Assembly (NCBI GenBank): GCA_035574915.1 | Contig: DATLYJ010000078.1 | Span: 6,460-70,459 of the forward strand | Direction of reading: 5' to 3' | Length of the DNA: 64,000 nucleotides | From: Dehalococcoidia bacterium | GTDB taxonomy: Bacteria; Chloroflexota; Dehalococcoidia; DSTF01; WHTK01 | In this document: piece after piece, positions 57,381 through 64,000 of the stretch | How the letters are laid out: each line of letters begins with the position of its first letter | Numbering within the stretch: position 1 is the stretch's first letter | The notes under the pieces: generated by a model | Seen by the model: the letters and a program-made list of their open reading frames with translations, nothing else | Databases searched by the model: none | Told to the model about the DNA's origin: nothing | Program-made: the position numbers and the translations under genes

Positions 57381-57465
57381 CTTCCCCACGCGAGGACGTC
57401 CGGCATCTCTAGTCGAGATGCTCGGATGTCCAGCGCTGGGGACTCCGCATATTGGAAGGAGCGCC

Positions 57466-58062
57466 GTGGAACCGTTCAAGACCGTTAGAGGCAAGGCCGT
57501 CCCCCTGAACCGGGCCGACGTAGACACCGACCAGATCATTCCCGCCCAGTACATGAAGCGCATCGAGCGCACGGGCTACGGCCAGTTCCTCTTCGATGCC
57601 TGGCGCAAAGACCCAGACTTCGTCCTGAACGATCCCCACTACAAGGGGGCGCCGATCCTCCTCGCCGGGCGCAATTTCGGCTCCGGATCGTCTCGGGAAC
57701 ACGCCCCCTGGGCGCTCCAGGACTACGGCTTCAAGGTGATCATCGCGCCGTCCTTCGCGGACATTTTTCGCAACAACTGCGCGAAGATCGGGCTTCTGAC
57801 AGTCGTGCTGCCTCAGGAAGACGTCGATCACTTGATGGCGCGCGCGGAAGAGACGCCATCGATGGAGTTGGTGGTCGACCTCGAGGCGCAGACCGTGTCA
57901 CTCGCATCAGGCACCTGGTCGCGCAACTTCGACATCGACCCCTTCGTCAAGCACTGCCTGCTCAACGGCCTGGACGACATCAGCCTGACCCTGCAAAAAG
58001 CAGACGCGATCGCGAGCTACGAGGCCCAACGCCCGGACTTTCTGCCCGTGACGACCAGTTGA
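57466..58062 (+). CDS. leuD: 3-isopropylmalate dehydratase small subunit
   Basis: GTG start after GGAAGGAG; LeuD swivel-domain motif GRNFGSGSSREHAPWAL. Confidence 0.88.
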   Translation: MEPFKTVRGKAVPLNRADVDTDQIIPAQYMKRIERTGYGQFLFDAWRKDPDFVLNDPHYKGAPILLAGRNFGSGSSREHAPWALQDYGFKVIIAPSFADIFRNNCAKIGLLTVVLPQEDVDHLMARAEETPSMELVVDLEAQTVSLASGTWSRNFDIDPFVKHCLLNGLDDISLTLQKADAIASYEAQRPDFLPVTTS

Positions 58063-58066
58063 CACC

Positions 58067-58513
58067 TTGGCTGAGGTGGTGGCATCGATGGACATCGACG
58101 CGCCGCCGGCCCGCGTCCTGGCTCTGATCTCGGACCTCTCCATGCGGGCTCAGATCCTGCCGGACGGTTGGCGAGTGCTGCGCTTGCTGAGCGAGCAGCG
58201 CGGCGGCGTTGGGGCAGCGATCGAAGTCGAGGCGCGGATCGGCCCGCGGCCGACGACGCACGTCATCCAGATCCAGACCCTGCTCGACTCCGGCGGACAG
58301 CGGCAACTCATAGAATCGCCGCCGCCGGCGGACAATTACATTACGACCTGGACGGTGCGCGACAGGGACGGCGGCGCCGCCGTGCATCTACACACCGAAT
58401 TCGAATACGGCGGCTTCATCGGCGAGTTCCTGGCCCGCAGGCACCTGCGCCGTGCCCACGAGCAGATGCTCGCGCGCCTCAAGGCGCTGGCAGAGCGTCG
58501 CGACGACACCTAG
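58067..58513 (+). CDS. SRPBCC (START/Bet v1-like, polyketide-cyclase fold) protein
   Basis: 148 aa; N-terminal ...IDAPPARVLALISDLSMRAQILPDGW is typical of SRPBCC proteins. Confidence 0.5.
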   Translation: MAEVVASMDIDAPPARVLALISDLSMRAQILPDGWRVLRLLSEQRGGVGAAIEVEARIGPRPTTHVIQIQTLLDSGGQRQLIESPPPADNYITTWTVRDRDGGAAVHLHTEFEYGGFIGEFLARRHLRRAHEQMLARLKALAERRDDT

Positions 58514-58626
58514 GACCAGCGTCTGCCGCGCACACTTGATGACGGACTCACTCAGGAGACGGCCAGGGCCCTGAAGCCCGGACGCCAGGCGCCGGCTTCC
58601 AACTCAGCGCAGCAGAGATATCGGTG

Positions 58627-60069
58627 CTAGAAGAGTACGCTAGCCACGCCATCGGTGAGCTCGTAAAGCGGCGCAGGATAGAGGCCGACGACGAAGATGC
58701 CGACGGTCAGCACCGCGACCGCAGCTTTCATCACCAACGGCACGCTGAAGCGCTCCGTATTCGTCGCGGGGCTCACATACATCTCCCTGATGACGTACAG
58801 GTAGTAGTAGAGGCTTATCACGCTGGCCACGACGGCGACGCCGGCCAGCCAGAGATAGCCTTCCTCGGCGACGGACTGGAAGAAGATGAACTTCGTGAGG
58901 AAGCCGGCGAAGAGTGGCATCCCGGCCAGCGAGAACAGGGCGACAGCGATGACCGTGGCCAGTAGCGGCGAACGGTCGGAGGCGCCGCGGAAGTCGCTCA
59001 TCTCCTCGGCCCCGGTCTCGTTGTGGTAGGCGATGATCGCCGTGAAGGCAGCCATGTTGGTGATGATGTAGCCGGTCATGTGCAGGAGGAGCGCGCTCGT
59101 CACCTCAGGCGAGAGCGCGACGAGGCCCATAAGCATGTAGCCGACCTGCCCGATGCTGGAGTAGGCGAGCAGCCGCTTGATGTTGTGTTGCTGGAGCGCG
59201 ATCACGTTTCCGGCCACCATGGTCGCCGCCGAGATCGCCGCGACCATGAAGCGCCAATCGTCCACGACGGGCATGAGGGCGCTGCTGAACAGCCGTATGA
59301 GCAGCGCGAAGCCGGCCGCCTTCGAAGTAGCCGAGAGAAAAGCCGTGATCGGCAGCGGCGCGCCCTCGTAGGCGTCCGGCGTCCACATGTGGAAGGGCAC
59401 GGCCGCCACCTTGAATCCCAGGCCGGCGACGATCAGCGTCAGGCCGAGCAGGGTCGGCGCCGTGAAGCCACTGGTGCCATCCGAAAATGCTTCGGCGATA
59501 GCGTCATAGGAGGTCGACCCCGCGGTGCCGTAGATGAAGCTGATGCCGTAGAGCAGGATGGCCGAGGAGAAGGCGCCGAGGAGCATGTACTTCATCCCAC
59601 CCTCGTTCGAGCGGTTATCGCTCTTGGCGTACGAGACGAGGATGTAACTGCTGAAGCTCAGGACCTCCAGGGAGATGTAAGCGGTGAGCAATTCGCGCGA
59701 GGCGGCCATGTAGATAGCGCCCGCGGTCGCGACCAGAAGCAGGGCATAGTACTCGCCGGGATGACGGAGCCGCTGCTGCACGAACTGGGCGGATGCGACT
59801 ACCACGAAGAAGCCGATGGCCGTGAAGAAGCAGCGGAAAAAGGTCGTGTAGTCGTCGATGAAGATGAGGCCTGCGAAGTCGTCCTCGGTGTCCAGCCAGG
59901 CGAATGAGAGGGCAAAGACACCCGCGAGCGTAGCCGCAGCGATCCACGGCATCAGGCGCTTCGGGAAGCGCGGCGCCGCCAGGTCAAGCCCGACCAGGAC
60001 GGCGGCTACCAGTCCCAGGACGTATTCCGGGATGAGGAGCGAGTAGTCGAAGTTGAGTCCCTCTATCAT
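58627..60069 (-). CDS. nuoN: NADH-quinone oxidoreductase subunit N
   Basis: 480 aa polytopic antiporter-like subunit; last gene of the nuoJKLMN order. Confidence 0.88.
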   Translation of the reverse strand: MIEGLNFDYSLLIPEYVLGLVAAVLVGLDLAAPRFPKRLMPWIAAATLAGVFALSFAWLDTEDDFAGLIFIDDYTTFFRCFFTAIGFFVVVASAQFVQQRLRHPGEYYALLLVATAGAIYMAASRELLTAYISLEVLSFSSYILVSYAKSDNRSNEGGMKYMLLGAFSSAILLYGISFIYGTAGSTSYDAIAEAFSDGTSGFTAPTLLGLTLIVAGLGFKVAAVPFHMWTPDAYEGAPLPITAFLSATSKAAGFALLIRLFSSALMPVVDDWRFMVAAISAATMVAGNVIALQQHNIKRLLAYSSIGQVGYMLMGLVALSPEVTSALLLHMTGYIITNMAAFTAIIAYHNETGAEEMSDFRGASDRSPLLATVIAVALFSLAGMPLFAGFLTKFIFFQSVAEEGYLWLAGVAVVASVISLYYYLYVIREMYVSPATNTERFSVPLVMKAAVAVLTVGIFVVGLYPAPLYELTDGVASVLF

Positions 60070-61577
60070 CCGATCCCCGGCAGGTGGTTAACGACGGTGT
60101 CCGAGATGCGGTCCACGAACGGGTCAGGCCAGAGCCCCATGAAGAGGATGAAGACGATTAACAGGGCGCCGCCCACTGCCTCGTAGCGCGTCATGTCCTT
60201 GAGATCGCCCCAGCGCGCCTCGTTGAACTGCCCGAAGAAAGACAGCGCCAGCAGGCGGAAGATGTAGACTGCCGTAATCCCGGCGCCCAGGACCGCGAGA
60301 ACTCCGGCCCACCAGTACTCGCTGAAGGTGCCGACGAACACGTTGAACTCGGCCACGAAGCCCGAGAGCCCGGGCAGACCCACGGAGGTAAGCCCGGCGA
60401 TCGTGAAGTAGATGGCGAAGCGCGGCATCTTTCCCGCCAGGCCGCCGAACGCGGCCAACTCGCGCGTGTGCGCCTGGTCGTAGACCGCTCCCACCATGGC
60501 GAACATGAGGGCCGTCATCACGCCGTGCGAGAACATCTGAAGCGCGGCGCCGTTCAGCCCCACCGGGTCCAGCGTTGCCAGGCCCATCAGCACGTAGCCC
60601 ATGTGAGAGACGGAGGAGTAACCAATGACGTACTTGAAGTCCGTCTGCGCCAGGGCTGAGATTGCCCCGTAGACGACGTTGATCGTCGCCAGCACGATTA
60701 GCGCCGGCATCCAAAACTCGGCGCCCTCCGGCATGAGTTGGATGCCGAGGCGGAGTATGCCGAAAGCGCCCAGCTTCATCAGCACGCCGGCGTGCAACAT
60801 CGACACTGCCGTCGGGGCTGCCACGTGGCCGTCCGGCGACCAGGTGTGGAATGGCCACAAGCCGGCAAGACAGCCAGCGCCGACGGCGAACAGAGGGAAG
60901 ACCCACTTCTGGAAGTCCGTATCGAACTCCGCCCCGTACAGCGCCGTCAGGTCGAACGTGCCCACGTCCGCTTCCGCGAAAGTGGCGAAAATGGCGATGA
61001 AGATGAGGACGGAGAAGGCCACCAGCATCATCATGAGCTTGAGGCCGCTGTACTCCTTCGTCCGCAGGAACGTCGGGAAGCGGGTGCTCGAGCCCCAGAC
61101 CGCGATCAGGAGGTACATCGGCAGCACCGCGAGCTCGTAGAAGAAGAAGAAGGCGAACAGGTCCAGCGACGAGAACGTGCCGAAAACGCCCGCGACGAGC
61201 AGCCAGTAGAGGATGAAGAAGTCTTTGTTCTTGTTCTCGATCTTCCAGGAGATCAACACGCCCGCGAAGGCCACGACACCGTTGAGCAGGATCATGCTCG
61301 CGGCAATGCCGTCCACGCCCAGGTAAAGGCTGATGCCGTGTTCGCCGAGGATGCCAACGTTCTCGATCCAGTCGTAGCGCAGCAGGAAGTCGAACTGCTC
61401 TTCGCCACCCGGCTCATAAGCAACGAACACGTAGACGGAGATCACGAAGCACACGAGCCCGATCAGTGCCGACAGGTAGCGGACGAGGTCCTTGCGCTCA
61501 CCCGGCACCCAGAGCAGCGCGAAAGCGGCCGCGAGCGGCAGGACGATGAGCGCTAGCAGCGCGTGACCTTGCTCCAT
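60066..61577 (-). CDS. nuoM: NADH-quinone oxidoreductase subunit M
   Basis: 503 aa, Mrp-antiporter-like; sits between nuoL and nuoN. Confidence 0.88.
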   Translation of the reverse strand: MEQGHALLALIVLPLAAAFALLWVPGERKDLVRYLSALIGLVCFVISVYVFVAYEPGGEEQFDFLLRYDWIENVGILGEHGISLYLGVDGIAASMILLNGVVAFAGVLISWKIENKNKDFFILYWLLVAGVFGTFSSLDLFAFFFFYELAVLPMYLLIAVWGSSTRFPTFLRTKEYSGLKLMMMLVAFSVLIFIAIFATFAEADVGTFDLTALYGAEFDTDFQKWVFPLFAVGAGCLAGLWPFHTWSPDGHVAAPTAVSMLHAGVLMKLGAFGILRLGIQLMPEGAEFWMPALIVLATINVVYGAISALAQTDFKYVIGYSSVSHMGYVLMGLATLDPVGLNGAALQMFSHGVMTALMFAMVGAVYDQAHTRELAAFGGLAGKMPRFAIYFTIAGLTSVGLPGLSGFVAEFNVFVGTFSEYWWAGVLAVLGAGITAVYIFRLLALSFFGQFNEARWGDLKDMTRYEAVGGALLIVFILFMGLWPDPFVDRISDTVVNHLPGIG

Positions 61578-61578
61578 C

Positions 61579-63507
61579 TCACCCCCTCGCGGCGTAGCCG
61601 GCGATCGCCAACACGACGACGCCGGCGATGATCGCGAATGCGTAGTTAGGCAGCCTGCCGGTCTGGGCGTGCTTCAGCACCCAGCCCGTCGCCCCCGTGA
61701 ATTCCCCAGGGCCGTTCACTCCCGTGTCGTTGACCACCGCGCGGTCGAAGAAGGCGATGATCTTGGCGAACCCAAGGACGACCTGGTCGATCACCCACTG
61801 GTAGAAGGCATCGACGTAGAACTTGTTAGAGAAGAGCTGGTAGAGGAAAGGCGCCCGCGCGGCAGCTTCGCGCGCCATGGCGCGCTCGCCCGTCCAGGCG
61901 TCCCAGCCGACCACGAGCGCTCCTGCTACCAGGGCTGTCGACAGCACGAGGACCAGCCAGTCGATCTCGAAGTCATGCGCCTCGCCGAACACGTTCTCCA
62001 CCATCGCCAGGAAGCCTGAGCCGAAGCCGACCGCCTCCCCCACGGCGTCGAAGACCACGAAGCCGGACACCGCGGCGAGTACGGCCAGCACGATCAGGGG
62101 CAAGGACATCACGGGGGGCGACTCATGCGCGTGCTCGAAGGCATGGTGGTCGCGCGGCTCGCCCTGGAAGGTCAGCATGTAGACCCGGGCCATATAGAGT
62201 GCCGTCACGGGCAGACTCAGCAGGAGAAATAGCAGGACCACCGGGCTCTCGTCCCGGGCAATGGCGAGTATTTCGTCCTTCGCCCAGAAGCCGGAGAGCG
62301 GGATCATTCCCGCCATCGCCAGGGCACCGACCGCGAAGGTCCAGTGCGTGATCGGCATCTTTGCGGCCAGCCCGCCCAGGTGGTCGACCTCCTGGTGCTC
62401 CGTGGCGTGGATGACGGAGCCGGCGGCGAGGAAGAGCAGCGCCTTGAAGAAGGCGTGGGCGAAGAGATAGAGCATCGCCGGGGCCACTCCCGGCTCGCCG
62501 AGGCCGAGCGAGACCATCATTAGTCCGAGGCTGTTGAGGGTGGAGTAAGCGATCACCTGCTTGATGTCCGTCATCACGAGGCCCATGAACGCCGACATGA
62601 AGGTCGTGATCATGCCGACCACGATGACGAAGTAGAGCAACCATTCGTCCGAGGCCTCGAACAAAGGCATGGTGCGCGCAACGAGATAGATGCCGGCCAC
62701 TACCATCGTGGCGGCATGAATGAGGGCCGAAACGGGGGTCGGGCCCTGCATGGCGTCCGGCAACCACACGTGGAACGGGAACTGCGCTGACTTGCCCATC
62801 GCGCCGCCGAACAAGGCCAGGGTCGCGACCGTAAGGTAGGTCTGGCCAATCTCGCCTTCTTCCGCGGCGTGGAAGATGGCGCTCATGTCGAAGGTGCCCG
62901 TCTCGCGCCAGAGCATGATGATGCCGATGAGCATCGCCACGTCCCCTAGACGCGTGGTGATGAACGCTTTCTTGGCCGCCTCGGCAGCAGGTCTGCGCTC
63001 CCAGTAAAAGCCGATGAGCAGGAAGGAGCAGATGCCGACGCCCTCCCAGACCACGTACAGAAGAAGGAAGTTGTCGGCGAGGACCAGCGTGAGCATGCAG
63101 GCGACGAAGAGAGAGAGGACGGCGTAGAACCAGCCGTACCGCGGCTCTCCGCGCATGTAACCCAGCGAGTAGATCATCACCATGAGGCCGACGAAGCTCA
63201 CCACGATCAGCATCACGACCGTGATCTGGTCGACCAGGAAGCCCACCCGCAGGACGAAGTCGATCTCCTCGACCTTCACCCAGTCGAACCCTGAGGTGTT
63301 GTTCTGCAGGTCGGCCGCCAGCGCCGGCAACTGATCGAAGAGGTCCAGGGATACCAGGACCATGAGCACGAAGGAGGCGGCCATCGCGCCTATGGCGATG
63401 AAGTCGCCGCCGCGGGGGATGTAGCGGGAAAACAGGAAGTGCCCGAGGGCCAGGACCACGAAGGCCAGCGCGGGCAGCGCCGGCAGCAGCCAGGCCTGCT
63501 CCATCAT
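61579..63507 (-). CDS. nuoL: NADH-quinone oxidoreductase subunit L
   Basis: 642 aa with the long C-terminal amphipathic helix region typical of NuoL. Confidence 0.88.
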   Translation of the reverse strand: MMEQAWLLPALPALAFVVLALGHFLFSRYIPRGGDFIAIGAMAASFVLMVLVSLDLFDQLPALAADLQNNTSGFDWVKVEEIDFVLRVGFLVDQITVVMLIVVSFVGLMVMIYSLGYMRGEPRYGWFYAVLSLFVACMLTLVLADNFLLLYVVWEGVGICSFLLIGFYWERRPAAEAAKKAFITTRLGDVAMLIGIIMLWRETGTFDMSAIFHAAEEGEIGQTYLTVATLALFGGAMGKSAQFPFHVWLPDAMQGPTPVSALIHAATMVVAGIYLVARTMPLFEASDEWLLYFVIVVGMITTFMSAFMGLVMTDIKQVIAYSTLNSLGLMMVSLGLGEPGVAPAMLYLFAHAFFKALLFLAAGSVIHATEHQEVDHLGGLAAKMPITHWTFAVGALAMAGMIPLSGFWAKDEILAIARDESPVVLLFLLLSLPVTALYMARVYMLTFQGEPRDHHAFEHAHESPPVMSLPLIVLAVLAAVSGFVVFDAVGEAVGFGSGFLAMVENVFGEAHDFEIDWLVLVLSTALVAGALVVGWDAWTGERAMAREAAARAPFLYQLFSNKFYVDAFYQWVIDQVVLGFAKIIAFFDRAVVNDTGVNGPGEFTGATGWVLKHAQTGRLPNYAFAIIAGVVVLAIAGYAARG

Positions 63508-63538
63508 CGCGAGCGCTCCTCCATTGCCGTCATGACTG

Positions 63539-63865
63539 CTACCACTTCAGCTGGCTCACTTCGTCCACGTCGGCGGTCGCCCTGTTGCGGAACACGCGGA
63601 TGATGATGCCCAGTGCCAGGCCGACCTCGGCAGCGGCAATCGTAATCACGAAGATCGCGAAAATGAGGCCGCGGAACAGCTCTCCGTCGGTGTAGACGGC
63701 AAAGGCGACAAAGTTCACGGCTACGGCGTTCAGCATTAGCTCGACGGACATGAGGATCAGGACCGCGTTGCGCCTGGAAAGGACGCCGTAGACGCCGAGA
63801 GAAAAGAGGATGGCGGAGATGATGAGGAAGTGGTTGAGTGAGACCTGCTCCGCCGCGGTCTCCAC
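63539..63865 (-). CDS. nuoK: NADH-quinone oxidoreductase subunit K
   Basis: 108 aa, 3 TM; ...LNAVAVNFVAFAVY...ITIAAAEVGLALGI... Confidence 0.9.
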   Translation of the reverse strand: METAAEQVSLNHFLIISAILFSLGVYGVLSRRNAVLILMSVELMLNAVAVNFVAFAVYTDGELFRGLIFAIFVITIAAAEVGLALGIIIRVFRNRATADVDEVSQLKW

Positions 63866-64000
63866 TACGCCTCTCCTTCCTCTTGGCGCGATATGACGAT
63901 GGCGCCCACGAGCGCGATGAGCAGCACCACGGACACGATCTCGAAGGGCAGGAGCCAGGTCGTGAACAGCGCGTCGCCGATGGCGCGCGTGTCGACCAGC
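63864..64000 (-). CDS. nuoJ: NADH-quinone oxidoreductase subunit J (C-terminal fragment, runs off the window end)
   Basis: Translating the minus strand gives ...LLPFEIVSVVLLIALVGAIVISRQEEGEA*. The stop overlaps the nuoK GTG start. Confidence 0.6.

Noticed and set aside
58514-58626. Convergent intergenic region between the SRPBCC gene and nuoN
   Set aside because: No convincing hairpin or U-tract was found by eye.

Overview
This is a high-GC (~70%) bacterial chromosomal segment, densely coded with about 70 genes. The high-GC gene content (nuoJKLMN, ilvBN-leuACD, a T-box leader, MtaB, ScpB, a PgpH-type 7TM-HD protein) suggests a Gram-positive-like high-GC lineage, possibly Chloroflexota/Thermomicrobia or Actinobacteria, but I cannot assign the taxon from sequence alone. 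Housekeeping content: purA, a Mug-type DNA glycosylase, cysteine synthase, acyl-CoA dehydrogenase, TldD, prmA, folP-folK, an ilvBN-leuA-leuCD cluster, ribosomal proteins S20, S21 and L25, two ABC importers (peptide and iron/B12 type), an ABC exporter, nuoJKLMN, and a polyamine module (speH, a deoxyhypusine-synthase-like gene and two agmatinase paralogues). I found no rRNA, tRNA, CRISPR array, transposase or phage genes. The most interesting signals are: (1) a GrdB/PrdB-family gene split by a single in-frame TGA lying in a U-x-x-C-T-R motif, which is very likely a selenocysteine codon; (2) a three-gene operon and a second unlinked paralogue encoding membrane-anchored LuxR-type HTH proteins fused to PD40/TolB-like beta-propellers, an apparently uncharacterised class of one-component transmembrane regulators; (3) a candidate leucine (CUC) T-box leader with terminator upstream of ilvB, followed by a Leu-rich mini-ORF; (4) a VapBC-like toxin-antitoxin pair and a HicB-like/DinB-like fusion gene inserted inside the ilv-leu cluster; (5) a frameshifted GNAT gene, an S20 with a long lysine/alanine/proline-rich tail, a class-II Fic gene in a low-GC patch, a pseudo-receiver, small zinc-ribbon ORFs and several strong palindromic operator or terminator candidates. 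All product calls rest on recognising motifs in the translated ORFs. No database search was possible, so every family assignment needs confirmation.
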